From contig NC_089429.1 in the NCBI RefSeq assembly GCF_026210795.1, positions 2,046,001 through 2,110,000 of the forward strand: a stretch of 64,000 bases of DNA. Direction: 5' to 3'. The number at the start of each line of letters is the position of its first letter. Position 1 is the first letter of the stretch. Positions 43,746 through 58,799 of this stretch are shown here, piece by piece. The notes beneath the pieces are model-generated. The model was not told where the DNA came from, ran no database searches, and saw only the letters and a program-made list of their open reading frames with translations. A program made the position numbers and the translations under genes. The DNA comes from Rhizophagus irregularis. Its lineage: Eukaryota.

Positions 43746-44539
43746 AGTAAAAAAATTCTTCTTTTTCGATAATATTATATCCTTTTTCCTTTAAAGGTTC
43801 TGACTAATTAATATAATTCTTTTCTATATTACTAAATTTAACAAGTGTGCATGTTTTTCAATTTTGAATGGGGGAGGTGCTGATGGAAATATGTTTTTTT
43901 TAAAGTAAAGGCTTAGCAAGAATTTTATATATAAAAATTTGCAAATTTTTTGTAACAAACCAAATAAAATTTTCAATTCAATAATAAATTTAAGGCAAAT
44001 TTGACTTTTTACTTCATGTGCCGATCTCTGGAAATAATCAAAATATGATCGGCTTTTATCAGCCGATCATTTATCCAATTCTAGTAAAATTTTATTCAAT
44101 TCGGCTGATCTGGGACCAAAGATTTTTAAAGAAAACTTCAATAAAATAAAAACAATAAAATAAAAACGTATTTTGTGGTGAAAAAACATATTTTTTATTA
44201 ATTACGTGCAAAAAAAAGATCAAAGTAACAAATTTTTGTGGATCGGCTGATCTTAATGAGATTCACGGCTGTATGATAAATAATTTTATATGTAAATATG
44301 GCCATTTTTACTGAAGGAAATAAAAATTTGCGTATAAATACGGTCATTTTTACCAAAGGCAATAGCAAGTAAATAATTCAAATCCTATACAAATACCTTA
44401 AAATGATACCCCAGGAATGCCCATATTGCTCAAGAACATTTTCCTCCAAATCTGGATATACTCAACATGTTAAACATTGTGTTCCTCCTGTAATTGTTAG
44501 TGATAGTGAATCGAATCTCGTAACTGATATTAATATGTT

Positions 44540-45680
44540 TATTTAAAGCAATTGATTAAACAATGGTAAGAAAATTTCGAGCAAATTTTTCTTGCCATTG
44601 TTCAAAGTATACAATTGTTTATTTTTAAAGCAATTGATTAAACAATGGCAAGAAAAGTTCGCTCGAAATTTTCTTGCCATTGTTTAATCAATTGCTTTAA
44701 AAATAAACAATTGTATACTTTGAACAATGGCAAGAAAAATTCGCTCGAACATTTCTTGCCATTGTTTAACTCAAGTCTATTGTTTTTTTTTAAAGCAATC
44801 GATTAAACAATGGCAAGAAAAATTTGCGCGAATTTTTCTTGCCATTGTTCGAAGTATATCATTGTTTATTTTTAAAGCAATTGATTAAACAATGGCAAGA
44901 AAATTTTGCTCGAACTTTTCTTGTCATTGTTCAAAGTATACCATTGTTTTTTTTTTCAAAGTAATTGATTAAACAATGGCAAGAAAAATTCGCTCGAACA
45001 TTTCTTGCCATTGTTTAACTCAAGTCTATTGTTTTTTTTAAAGCAATCGATTAAACAATGGCAAGAAAAATTTGCACGAATTTTTCTTGCCATTGTTCAA
45101 AGTATATCATTGTTTATTTTTAAAGCAATTGATTAAACAATGGCAAGAAAATTTTGCTCGAACTTTTCTTGTCATTGTTCAAAGTATACCATTGTTTTTT
45201 TTTTCAAAGTAATTGATTAAACAATGGCAAGAAAAATTCGCTCGAACATTTCTTGCCATTGTTTAACTCAAGTCTATTATTGTTTTTTTTTAAAGCAATT
45301 GATTAAACAATGGCAAGAAAAATTCTCGTGAACTTTTCTTGCTATTGTTCAAAGTATACCATTGTTTTTTTTAAAGCAATTGATTAAACAATGGTAAGAA
45401 AATTTCGCTTGAACTTTTCTTCTTGCTATTGTTCAAAGTATATCATTGTTTTTTTTTAAAGCAATTGATTAAACAATGGCAAGAAAAGTTCACGCGAACT
45501 TTTCTTGCCATTGTTCAAAGTATACCATTGTTTATTTTTAAAGCAATTGATTAAACAATGACAAAGAAATATTTATTGAATAAATAAAACATAAATTTGT
45601 TAACAAGATATCCATGAACTTTTCTTGCCATTGTTCAAAGTATACCATTGTTTATTTTTAAAGCAATTGATTAAACAATG
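44540..45680. repeat. Palindromic satellite array 1 (about 78-bp unit)
   Basis: AAAGCAATTGATTAAACAATGGCAAGAAAAATTCGCTCGAACTTTTCTTGCCATTGTTCAAAGTAT repeated in tandem. Confidence 0.92.
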
Positions 45681-46165
45681 ACAAAGAAATATTTATTGAA
45701 TAAATAAAACATAAATTTGTTAACAAAATATCCATTATCTCAATTAATTTAACGAAATTTGGCCAAAAACCAAAATTTTTACCATTATCAGACACGCAAA
45801 TTTAATGATTACATATTTATATCTGTGTACCCACCGTAACGTATACCTATATGTATAAAATCGATAACATTTAACCGTAGTACTGATCACGTGTATGTTT
45901 ATCGCAACTGGTTCAATTACGTCAAAAAAATTATTATTTTACGACAAAAAAAAATTTGAAATTCTCGTTTATTTATTATGAAACCAATATAAAGATTTAT
46001 TGAACTCGAAAATATTAGCGATTGAAACTTAATTTTCCTTAAATTTAGGCCTTTATAAAGTTAAAAGTAAATTGACATTCCCGATCATCAAAATAAATAA
46101 AAATTTACGAAAACTTTATTCTTATAAAGATGAAAAAATGTTATTTTATTATCAGCTTGCAGTTA

Positions 46166-49100
46166 TTACCAGTTTGCATATTTGTCTATTATATAATAAT
46201 TTTTTTTATCATACACTTCAAAAAATCCAACAGTTCTATCAATACCAATTACTTCCACATATTGTAGAGGACCGAAGCAATCAAAAAATTTTAAATTTCC
46301 AATATTTTTCTCAAATTTTTTGATTTTTCGAATATATGCAAACATTCGTTCTTGATTTTGCATATTATGGAGCATGAAATATTCAACTTGTCCAAAAGTC
46401 TCCTCTTCTTGTTCATCAATAGTTAAGTTAATCTATAATAAAATTTTCTGTTTAATATTTGAATGATATTTATAATAATTATAAAATCTAATTATCAATT
46501 TCTTACAGCGACACAATAATCATTTCGACTACTATCATTTTCTTTTTTCCACCATTTAGAAGATACAATATTGCCATCTTTTGTACGAAGTTTCCCATAC
46601 TTCATATAACTTTCTTCAATGTCCTAATAATAAATAATGATATTACATCTGTAAAAGTATTCAAAAATAAATAAATATACAATGCAAAGTAGTTATAATT
46701 AAAAATTACTCTAATATCCCTGGCGTTTTTTTGGAATATAGCTGCATAGCATTGCTTTAATTTTATAGCCTCATTTTTTGTTAGTTTACAATTAACACAC
46801 GGAGAATAAAATTCATACTGATTATCATATACAATACTAGACTTTACTCTATGCGATGGCCATGTTTTTTCCTTTTCTTTGAAATTGGAAAAAACTTTTT
46901 CATCATACGTTGGTAAAAATTGTAGATACTTAAACCTTTCTTGCAGCAACACATTATTAATTAAATTCACATATGGAAGTTTTCGAGAGCTAATAAGTGG
47001 AATTAACATTCCACAATACCTTTCCATCGGAAATTGCCAAAATCCACGACAAGGACCAAGATCTTCAATACAATCTCCTATATGCAGAGAGTAATGAAAA
47101 GAAATTAAATACACCGGCAATCTTTCTCCTTCTAACCCGTATGAACTATTATTATAAAAAGACATGTTAATTAATGTATAAAATATTATTATATAATTCC
47201 ATAAAGATGATACCTTGCATAATGATTATAAAATTGTATCAATAAATTTCGGATTTTATTTAGATCTTCAAAATCTATTCGAGGTTGAATACATAACTGA
47301 ACAGCTTCAACAAAATTTGACTATCCTAAGAAGTAACTATTATTTTAAATTATTTAAATAAGCTTTCCTATATTATCAATTTTTTAACAATTAACTCTTT
47401 TTATTTATTATTACCTTTGTGGCAGCCTTCCTTTTAATAATGGTAAAGAAAATAAAATAATCCAATTTGCCCATTCCACAGCTTTAAACCCAGCCGAATG
47501 TTTAATGATATTGCGTGGAGGACGTCCAATATCAGATGGCATATTAGATCTATTTTTTTCCATGATTTCACCAATTTCAATCCATGTTTTAGAACTTATT
47601 GTATAATTATTTGAATTCCGTTTATCATTTTTTGGATAGAATTTTCCTATCCAATGTTGAAACATGTGAGGTGCAATGTTTTCAAAAAAAAGGTGCATTA
47701 TATCCACTGGAAATGAACGCGGAAATTTTATAGAAGATAACTCAAATAATATACTCTTTCCTTTAATTCCTAATTTTTTTTATTAAACAAGAATTTTAAA
47801 AATTCAGAAAATATATTAATCAATTTTACTATGAGTTTATTTAAAATATTGAACTAACCGCAGTTACGTATATAAGTTTCTCTACGATCTCTTTTCAGAT
47901 GTTCTATTTGATTTATGCTAGTCAGCATCTTATCATGTGTTCGAATTGGTAATCGTATAGGATCAATATTTTGTTGTAATGGATAATATACATGTCTATT
48001 CATTTCATTTAAAGTTCCTCGAAGATTACAGAATCTGCAACCTGAATATGAATTATGTCCCGTTAAATATAAAATTTTTGAAAGAGCAGAAAGATCTCCA
48101 GTCCAAGCTAATATGTGAGCACGTAAAGTAAAATATTCTTTTTTGTTTCCATCATAACATAATATTCCATCTGTAAATACAAAAATATGATTAATAAATA
48201 TTATATTAATTATTATTTTTCATATTTTTTAATATACCTTGTAACATTTTCATCTCTTGAATTAATGGATAGAGAAATGAATTAAAATCTTGAGGTTGTT
48301 TGGCCCTGGGATTATTAATGTTACCATTAAATTTTCTTTTTTTACCCTTAATTCTTGAGGCAAATTATTATTTATAAAAAGAAATACCCAACAGTCATCA
48401 GTTTTTTGTCGAAATATTTGATAACCGTCACAAGATGCAGTAAATGCAACATCTCTAGGATCGGGAAAATATGCATCATTTAATAACTCTTTATAAATCA
48501 GCCCATCAAAAATATCACCTATGTCCCTATGAACAAGATCTCCTATATTATTAGTATAGTTATGCCTATATAATAATTCTTTGGATCTTTTAGAGTTTTT
48601 AAATTGAAGCTTTAAACGCTCAATTATAGAGACAAAAGGTAAATTTTTTCTTGATTTACCATTACTATAATATCGGTCCTCTTTACAAAATTTACACTTT
48701 CTTTCATTTCTAAAACTCCTACGAACGCACAACATGAATTGACACACATATCGTATATTTTTGGTTCAATTCCTACTATCGAACCAAGTATTTTTTTTAT
48801 TTTATTTAAGCTCATTTTATTTCTATTGAAAGCTTTATATATATTATTAAATGCAGCTTCAGAAAAATTAAAATTTGATTTCACATATAAAAGCCTTAAT
48901 CCTTCAAGTAATTCATCAGAAATAATTGTATTATCTAAAAAATTTATCATTATTGTTAATAAATAGTTAATGTATTTAAATACTATTAATAATTTATTTT
49001 GGAATTCACATTCTTCATTATCAGCATTAGAATTTATGTTATCAGATTCTGATTCATTTTGAGAATCAGAAATTGAATCATCATTTTCATAATAATAATA

Positions 49101-49490
49101 ATGATCATTTTCATAATTATTAGTTTTCTCATTTTCTTCATTTTGGAAACTAAAATCATCATTAGTTTCTTCTGGAATTTCTTCATTATCACACATTTCC
49201 ATATATGATCGTTCATTTTCTTCTTCATTATCACTTGTCACCATAAATGATCGTTCATTTTCTTCATACAAGTCTTCTTCACGTAAGTTTTCTTCACGTA
49301 AGTTTTCTTCGTATAAATTTTCCTCTTCAGAATGATAAAAATTTTCTTCAAGATGAAGTCTTTGGTATTCATCTTCTAGAGCTTGTGCCTCTTTTTCTTC
49401 TAATAAATGTCGAGCTACTGTTGTCCTATGAAGTACTCTTCCCTTACCATTTGATAAATTTAAACAATGTTTACATTCACACTTAGGCAT
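46166..49490 (-). pseudogene. CACTA/EnSpm (Transposase_21/Tnp2 + DUF4218-like) transposase, spliced, frameshifted
   Basis: YDMCVNSCCAF, FTASCDGYQIF, AWTGDLSA, GCRFC, VDIMHLFFENI, GFKAVEW, HYSLH..GPCRGFWQFPMERY; frame change near 48700. Confidence 0.85.
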
Positions 49491-51226
49491 AATTTCAATT
49501 AGGAAAAAAATATATTTATTTAATGGTTTTTTAATTTAATAAAGTTTATTATATGTATTTGGAGAGTTTTATCACATATAATTTGTTAGTACTTTCTTTG
49601 AATTCGCTTTCTTTATATATATATTCGAGGGTTTGGTATATTATCCCGACACTCTAAATCCCGACATTTCATAAGCCCGACACTTAATAAGCTCGAAATA
49701 CAAATATCGAAATGAAAAATCTTGAAATTTATTATAACTGATTTCATAATGTACGGGACTTAGCAAATTTTAAAGAACTCGAAAATATTTGGTAATATTC
49801 GGTAAAGCTCAAAATAAACTCTAAAATTAACGTATAACATAATTACATTATATAGTATATACAATTATACTTTATACTACGCCATCATATATATGTGTAT
49901 ATATATCCCGTGTTATATATCTTTTCTACAATAACCCGACTAGCCGAGTAACCTGAGTACCCGATAATCCCGACAATAAATGATGGGCTGAGATCCGTCC
50001 TTTTAAAGTGTTTGTGCCCCTATGATCGCTACATATAGGCAGGTCATGTTTCACATTGTTTCACGTATCTGTTTACACGGGGGACGTACGCGATTTTAAT
50101 TTATCACCTGATGTTAATAAACCCCAGTCATCATAAAAATCCACGTATTTTTCCTACTTTTTTCTCTTTAACATTTATACATTTACGATACGTTCGATAC
50201 TTTTACGTGACTATGAGCAATAATAATGATCTCCAAGAACAATTGGACCTTATCAAGAAACAAAATGAAGCTTTATTGGAAAAAATAAAGTATGTGTATG
50301 AAAAATAAGGATTTTTATGCAACTCTTCATAAATTTTATTAAAAAAAAATTTATTTTCAGTTCTCTGGATAGTACTTTTTCGTTTCCCACAACAATAACA
50401 AGTTATAATAGACCTTTTATAGCGTTAAGTTTCCAAAGGCCTTCCTCCACAGCGAGTACGCGAAGACCCTCCACGTCATTCACAGCGAGTATGCGAAGAC
50501 CCTTCACGTCGTCGTCCATAACTTCTGTTGCTGTAAGCCCTTCCACATCATTCACAGCGAGTACACGAAGACCCTCCACGTCATCGTCCATAACTTCTGT
50601 TGTTGTGAGCCCTTATTATTATTACTGTATTTAATTATTTAAGTTATTTATTTATTTTTTAAATATATCATTAAAAGACACATAGTTTTATACAAAAGCC
50701 AAAAAAGAAGTATATTTCAAAAGCTGATATGTTAAATGCGTTAAATATTTCGAATGAAGTGTATATGACATGTGTGGTGCGTATATACATAAATAATTTG
50801 GTTATACAAAACAAGACTTTAATAATCAATAAAACTAGGCTGCAATGCGCATATGCGCTGATTATCAGCTTGAATACAATTATGCCTATAAAGACATTCC
50901 TAAGAACATTTTATTCAAAATAATCGAAAAGGTAATTTTTATTTGTTTTATAGATTTTTTTTTATAAATATAATGAAATAATAACCTTTTCTTAGTTTAA
51001 ATTAAGAATGAAAGACTTACATATACCGTTCGGCTTTAATGATTGGTTTGCGTATGAATTGTTAAAAAAACACGTCCAACATGTCCGTGAGTATATTTGT
51101 TTTTTTCTTTTTTTTTTAAAAAAAAAAAGAAAAGATCAAAAATCTAATTTATATTTAATTTATATTAATGAAAGGCGATCATAAAGCCAAGAATAGAAAC
51201 GGATATTTTAAGAAAAGGAATCAAGA

Positions 51227-51460
51227 CGAGGAAGAAGAAGAAGTTAGAAATGAGGAACAAGAAGAAGAGGAAGAAGTTAGAAATGAGGAACAAGAAGTAG
51301 AGGAAGAGGAAGAAGTTAGAAATGAGGAACAAGAAGAAGAGGAAGAGGAAGAAGTTAGAAATGAGGAACAAGAAGAAGAGGAAGAGGAAGAAGTTAGAAA
51401 TGAGGAACAAGAAGAAGAGAAAGAGGAAGTTAGGAATGAGGAACAAGAAGAGGAGATTAG
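51227..51460 (+). repeat. Coding purine-rich minisatellite (EEEEEVRNEEQ)
   Basis: Repeated GAAGAAGTTAGAAATGAGGAACAAGAAGAAGAG. Confidence 0.9.
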
Positions 51461-51558
51461 AACTGTAATAATCAGAATTGAAGGAAACGAAGAAATCCGA
51501 AATAGAAATGAAGAAAATGATGTTGAAGACGAAGATCAAGGTATAATTATATTGTAAC

Positions 51559-51802
51559 TAAGGTTGCTTGTCTAAACCTCTTCAAAATCCTACGATTAGT
51601 TTCGTCAAAATTTTACTATAGATTTATTATAGTTTCGGCAAAGTTTCGGCAGTTTCGGCATTTATAATAAGTTTCGGCAGTTTCGCCTTTCTCCAAAGTT
51701 TCACCAGTTTTTTAATATAACTTTAATATAGTTTCGGCAGAATTTCACTTTTCGGCGAAACGCCATCTTGCCTAAACCCCTAGGTTTCGGCAAGCAACCT
51801 TA
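51559..51802. mobile_element. 244-bp hAT-type MITE
   Basis: TIR TAAGGTTGCTTG...CAAGCAACCTTA, 8-bp TSD ATTGTAAC (51551-51558, 51803-51810), internal GTTTCGGC repeats. Confidence 0.9.
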
Positions 51803-52607
51803 ATTGTAACAAATCAACCATAGAAAATGACTTAATTTAATGTTTGTGATTAATGTTTGTGATTTTTATTATTTAGCAAAAAAATGAACCGGAGAACCTA
51901 TGAAAAGTAAAATTTTTTTTTTATAAAATGATTATATTTTAATTTAAATAAAAATAATTAAATGTATTTTTTTTTTCTATTAATAGAGGATTCAAACAAC
52001 AAACGATTGAAAGTTACAAGTAAAATTACAAGTAAAAAAATTTTTTATAATTAATTAATTTAAATAAAATAACTTCTAATATTTTTTCTTACTTATTACA
52101 TTAGACGGACAAAGCCTGCGTAGAAGACCTATGGCCGTTAATAAAGAAGAGGTCAATCGTAGTGCCAGTGGGGTTGTTAGTACCAGTAATAAGAACAATA
52201 AAAAGAAAACCAAGAAAAAATAATCATTTACTTTTTTTTATAAACTAAAATAAAAAATGTTTTAAATTTGTAATGTTCGCAAATAATCACCAGCCTCTAT
52301 AAAAAATTTCATACGTTATAGCGTATTTTCTATAGATACGGTATTTTTTTATATTATTTTTATTATAAATTTTACAACTTTATGAACTTTATATTAAATA
52401 CTACATTTTAAACCCATATGTTTATAATGTATACTTCGACACTAGTATGCACTACCCAAAAATTTACTGATGTAAAGAAAAATTCACAAGAATTTTCATT
52501 AATACTGTTTAATTTTTAAGTTCAAAGTCCGATTGATAATACTGTTATACTGTTTAATTTTTAAAGCTCAATTATAAATCAAATTTAATAATAAATTAGT
52601 ATTAAGA

Positions 52608-53765
52608 TTTTAATTTAAAGATTAAGCAGTATCAAGGAATATTCTCGCGAATTTTTCTTGATACTGCTCAATTCTAATTAGCTAATTTAGTACTAGTACT
52701 AATGTTTTAATTTAAAAATTAAGCAGTATCAAGAAAAATTCGCTCGAACTTTTCTTGCTATTGTTTGAAGTATATCATTTATTTAAAGCAATCGATTAAA
52801 CAATGGCAAGAAAAATTCGCTCGAACTTTTCTTGCCATTGTTTGAAGTATACCATTGTTTTTTTTTAAAGCAACTGATTAAACAATGGCAAGAAAAATTC
52901 GCTCGAACTTTCTTGCTATTGTTCAAAGTATATCATTGTTTTTTTTAAAAGCAATTGATTAAATAATGGCAAGAAAAATTTGCGCGAACTTTTCTTGCTA
53001 TTGTTCAAAGTATATCATTGTTTATTTAAAGCAATTGATTAAACAATGGTAAGAAAAATTCGCTCGAACTTTTCTTGCTATTGTTCAAAGTATACCATTG
53101 TTTTTTTTCAAAGTAATTGATTAAACAATGGCAAGAAAAATTAGTTTGAATATTTCTTGCCATTGTTTAACTCAAGTCTATTATTGTTTTTTTTAAAGCA
53201 ATTAATTAAACAATGGCAAGAAAAATTCGCTCGAACTTTTCTTGTTATTGTTCAAAGTATATCATTGTTTTTTTTTAAAAGCAATTGATTAAATAATGGC
53301 AAGAAAAATTTGCGCGAACTTTTCTTGCTATTGTTCAAAGTATATCATTGTTTATTTAAAGCAATTGATTAAACAATGGTAAGAAAAATTCGCTCGAACT
53401 TTTCTTGCTATTGTTCAAAGTATACCATTGTTTTTTTTCAAAGTAATTGATTAAACAATGGCAAGAAAAATTCGCTCGAACATTTCTTGCCATTGTTTAA
53501 CTCAAGTCTATTATTGTTTTTTTTAAAGCAATTGATTAAACAATGGCAAGAAAAATTCGCTCGAACTTTTCTTGCCATTTTTCAAAGTAGCATTTTTTTT
53601 TTAAAGCAATTGATTAAACAATGGCAAGAAAAGTTCACGGCTCGAACTTTTCTTGCTATTGTTCGAAGTATAGCATTGTTTTTTTTAAAGCAATTGATTA
53701 AACAATGGCAAGAAAAATTCGCTCGAATTTTTCTTGCCATTGTTCAAAGTATATTTTTTGCAAAA
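52608..53765. repeat. Palindromic satellite array 2
   Basis: Same unit as 44540-45680, preceded by TTTAATTTAAAGATTAAGCAGTATCAAG leader. Confidence 0.92.
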
Positions 53766-54299
53766 ACCGAAGCCCTTTAAAATGAAATATAGCCAAAGCG
53801 CAATTAATCTGCAGTACTGTGATATCACAATTAATTGCATTATTGCGGAATTGTGAATATCTGATATATGAACTTTAAACTCCGTAATATCTGCAATCAA
53901 TACCCAGAACAAATGTTATGCCAATTACTGTAAGCCAAAGATACCGCGGTTCTATATGATCACGTGAAATTTATTTTTGAAATTTATTTATACATACAGT
54001 TTACAGTAGGATCGGGGAATTAGAAACCGTACCCAGAAAACGGGGCTGCTTAAAAATCGTGCCCAGAAAACGGGGCTGCTTCTTTTGTGCCATTAATTTG
54101 AGGCTGCTTAAAAACCACCCCAGAAACGGAGCTGCTTAAAAGGAAACCTATTACATCATGATTTAAACAAATTATGTATATATATATTCTTTGTGCCATT
54201 AAAAATTAATAACAACTTTCGAACAATACATACGCTCAATACAATACATTCTTTTGCTATTTAAACTGTCTTCCTGGAAATAATTAAATAATTTTCTTT

Positions 54300-54620
54300 T
54301 TTCATAATTTTTCATAAATTTTCCTCTATCATAAAATTTTCCTCCATCATAATCATAAATTTTCCTCTATCATAATCATAAATTTCCCTCGTTCATAAAT
54401 TTTCCTCCATCATAATCATAAATTTTCCTCTATCATAATCATAAATTTTCCTCTATCATAAATATAAATTTTCCTCTATCATAAATTTTCCCCTTTCATA
54501 AATTTTCCCCTTCATAAATTTTCCTCTTTCATAAATAAATTTTCCTTTTTCATAAATTTTTCTCTTTCATAAATAAATTTTCCTCTTTCATAAATTTTCT
54601 TCTGAACATAAATTTTCTTC
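54300..54620. repeat. CATAAATTTTCCTCT short tandem repeat
   Basis: Many degenerate 15-25 bp units. Confidence 0.85.
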
Positions 54621-54639
54621 CGAACATTCTTACTTACAA

Positions 54640-55984
54640 ATGATGAATGTTAATCAAGAAGTCGATCAAGAAGTAGCAACAAGTTAACATCAAGAGGTGA
54701 ATGTTCAAGAAGTAACATCAAGTCAAAATAGTATGTAGAATCATATATATAATTTTTATAATTATTAAATAAAATTTTTATTAAGAATAAACGTTTATTT
54801 CTGTTTCAATTCTAGAATCGAACATTGTAAAATTTGTTGTAGATATAAATAAAAATATGGAAAGCCTTGGTATAAATTCTCTTAATATATCATCAAACCA
54901 AGAAGCAATTTTAGATAGTAAAGAATTCAGAATTTTTAAAATACTTTTCAATAAAGAAGAAAATACAATTTTACAAGCAGCAAATGTAGCCCCGGGATCT
55001 AGTTCAGTAAGTTCATCAACAGCAAGAACCACTGATTTAAGATCATTCTTAACCGCGCCGGCAATCGAAATGGCAAAAAATCTACACAAACTCCTATTAT
55101 ATTTTGATAATCTACCAACTATTCCTCCTACAATGAATCCAAACAATATTGACGTTAAATTGTATATTAAAAAGTTGTTAGAAAAGTTAAGTACTTTAAC
55201 AAAGGAGGAGTTTGAAGCTGAAATTGAGAATCAAAATAACAAGGATTTTTTAAAAGTTTATTATTCAGAGGAGGAAGAAGAGAAAGTAGTAATTGATTTT
55301 TAGAATGAACTAAATTTTCCTGAAATCATTTCAGAAACAAACCTCTTAAAGCTTGATTCAGATTTTGATATTATAAAAGAAAATACTATAAAAACGTTAG
55401 TTAATCATTTAATAAAAGTTTATGACAAGATTCTTGAAGAGCATATCGAAACGGAAATAAGAAGAAGAAGAAAGTTTAGGGGATATGTAAATTTTCTTAT
55501 GATATATCAAAAAATAGAGGTTTATTGTAATTTATATAAGACTAGAGCTAGGGGAGAGACGATTAAAAATCAAACAAATAAAAAAATAATTGAATATAGC
55601 AGTTCTAGCAAATTTAAAACTCAAGATATATCAATTTTTATAAAAACAGGAAAGAGAATTGAAAAGTTAATTAGTCTTTCAAATCGTAAATGGGGAATTA
55701 TTGACGCTTTTCCAAATTTAGACATAAATTTTTTCAAATCTACAACAAGTAATGCCGCGTATGAAGTTTGGCTCAAACTCATTGAGACTGGACTCATTAT
55801 GACCAAAGAAGAGGGACAAACAATTTATAATTATAAAAAAATTGAAGAGAATTATTTAAGGGAATATAAGCTTCAGAGAATATATAAATCGATTCAAGCG
55901 AGCGATCATGATGATACTGGTTTTCCGAGATACTACTTCAACGAAGATGATGACGGTGATAATGATGAAATGATGATTGATTAG
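54640..55984 (+). pseudogene. Decayed gene of unknown function
   Basis: ORFs 54857-55303 and 55499-55984 are in frame, separated by a single TAG at 55301; short upstream exon with stop. Confidence 0.5.
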
Positions 55985-56897
55985 TGATTTCATTTTTTTT
56001 TCTTCTATTTTCATTTTTTTTTGGTTTTTTGAATATCTCTATCTATTAGAGATCCTTTTTTTTTTATAATTCTAATAATTTCAACTGGGTTTTGTCGGGC
56101 GATTTTTTTTTTGGAAAAATCTATTGTGTTATAGTTAAGGTCAGTGTGCGTTGGCATTATAATTGCGTTTAGGGACAGTACGTTGAATTATAATTACGTT
56201 AGGATTAGGGTCAAGATGTTAGGTTTATGGGATTATGTAATAAAATCATTGTATTTTAACAGTTAGATAATTTCTTTATTAATATATAATAAAATACATT
56301 GCTATAGTTGAAATTTTATAGTGACAAATAGTTATTCATCACCATCTGATTATGGTGATAAATGGTAATTTATATAAATGACGTGATATAGAATTTGTTT
56401 ATTTTATTTTATTTTATTTTAAGGATTTTAAGGTAAGCCAGGAGAATACATTGATAATTTTAAGCTAATAAATTATAAAAACACACAATGTAGAATCGTC
56501 GCCCAATAAATCGAGCCCTGACTAGAATTATATAAAAACTATTCTAAAACCCAACCGAAGTAGAATAGGTAATAAAAAAGTAATAAAACGCACAAATAAA
56601 CAATCGAATAACAAGTGCAGACCCATATTTTCCTTTCAACCCATAAGATAAGGTTGCCATCTGTGAATACTGTAAAAGGTGGAGTGGTTAACGCTATTTT
56701 AAGTTGTTAAATTTGTAAAAACAAAAAGTGAACAAATCACATAATAGTGAAAAAAAGAAAAACCTAAGTTATTATATAACTATAATACTATATATATAAA
56801 AATACGAAAAATTTCAATACTATAAAGTGGTGAAAAAAGAGGACCAATATATCTATAAATATAAAAAAGAGGGAGAGCATCTAATAAAATGAAATTA

Positions 56898-58282
56898 TTA
56901 GTTCGAACAAAAATTAGTAACCAAGGCTGAATCTTCAGTAAAATGATGAAACCTTTTCCTCATATGGAGATTGTAATGCAAGTCCAAATTAAAATTCCTA
57001 GTGGCTGACCGTTTAAGTTGACGAGGCGCCTGATGAGTAACATATTCCGGTTCATATAGTTTATTATGCCGTACTGTGAGAGCAAGATGGAGACCGCTTT
57101 CGTCCATTGTTTCTTCTAAAATTTGTAACTGTTTGATATTGAAATCAGGATCGGTAGCGCGACCTTTTTGTTTCTTTTTTCCTTTTGTCGGAGGTAAGGA
57201 AGATGATGCAATAGGAGAATGTTGTCGTCTCAAGTATGTGTGATAATCATAACAAACGTTTTGATAATGAGTAAGAGCGATAGTCAAATTATCGCGATAG
57301 AGAGCGATTTCAGTAGTAGTCTTCCCATTGAACTTTCAAATCATCGATGCGTGTCGCAAGTTGAGTTTCGCGATCTCGTGTAGCTTTATAGCTCTTATTG
57401 CAGCAATCCACTGTTTACTACCCACTGTTTACTACCCACTTGTCTTGTAAGGGTCGAAGGGTTTTCTTTTCATTATGAGATAACGAAAAATGTAGCTTGC
57501 CATCCTTATAGATGGGCTCTTCAGGAACAAACGGATAGGAACGGGATTAGAAACCGTATTAGCTTTATCCGATTTTTTTTAGATTTCTTGGTCGTGGCGA
57601 CTTTAATGGCCTCAATTTCAATAATCCACTGTTTGCTACCAACTTTCAACGGTTGAAGATTTTTCTTATCTTTCTTAGATAATTTAGAATATGTAAGACC
57701 ACCCTTGTAGATAGGTTCATCAGGGATAAATGGGATAAGATGGAGGGGAAATTGACCATCTTTCGAAGTAGTATTAGATGAAGAAGAACTAGAGGGATCA
57801 GCAAAAGCAACTGAAGTATTGACGACAGGTGTTGAATTATTGTCGTCTGTTGGAGATTTAATAATGTTGTCTTCGATCAATGATGATGCCATTTTGTTAT
57901 CTCATAAGACGGATCAAATATAGATCCATGGACATTTGAATCGAAGTATTTAGCAATATAGTAGTACTTCTCATTGCACTTCGGGTAGTGTTGAGGATTC
58001 AAGGAACGGTAGCTGAAAAGTATAGTAACGCTGTAGTGGAACCTGAAATTTCTTCTTATATTTCAAATGCATAATCGGCTTTCTGAAATTTTGTGATTGT
58101 TGAAATAGGAAACCTTTTCTTTTTGACGCTAAAAGTTTATCTTCAAGTGAGGCGTCAGCTGTAAGATCAGACTTATGAAAAACTTGCTTACATTTGCGTT
58201 CAAATCGTGCTTGTTGTCTTTTCCGGACATTTGGATTGTCGCTGTTTTGAAGATTAAAGTTGAAAAAATGACCTTTTTTCAT
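56898..58282 (-). pseudogene. Fragmented basic ORF remnants, unknown family
   Basis: Three same-strand fragments with repeated VGSKQWI motif, multiple frame breaks. Confidence 0.35.
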
Positions 58283-58799
58283 GATATTGTCGATACTGTT
58301 AGCGCAATATTGCGATTGAAAAGAAATAAAATCCTTTTAACTCCATAATGTCCGTATTCGTTTCATTTTCCACATCTGCTATTTCTTCTCTAGTTTCTCG
58401 ATTGATTGTACCCTTATTTCACTTTATTTTATATTGAATACCTTCGAGTAATTTTTGAATTTATGAATTGTACAATTGTACAATCGTTATTTTCGTTCGT
58501 TTCTCTCTTTTCTATCTTCTCTTTTGCATAATGCAAGGTCGCCTCGTCCTTGAAACATAAAAACATTCTATCTATTGTAATGATTTAATAAAACTATATA
58601 TTTTTGTGAAAATTTTACTATTACGTTTCGAATCAGCTCTAACGTTCTTTATACTCGGCATTTTTGATCACATGTTTTATTGTTGGTGTAACCCGATCAG
58701 CAAATCAATCAATCAATTCACTCCACTCCGCCACAATGCATATAGGCGCTGTGAAACAAAAATAGCCATTTGCTTACATGCATCACCCCCAACTTCTGG

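Larger units (their letters stand above)
50213..52223 (+). pseudogene. Multi-exon low-complexity gene (Ser/Thr repeats, Glu-rich repeats), divergent from the CACTA transposase; possibly its accessory gene
   Basis: MSNNNDLQEQL exon, STASTRRP repeats, EEEEEVRNEEQ repeats, short GT..AG introns; exact structure uncertain. Confidence 0.4.

Noticed and set aside
45700..52300. Defined CACTA element boundaries
   Set aside because: Could not identify matching CACT-type TIRs with a TSD by eye; only the transposase is called.
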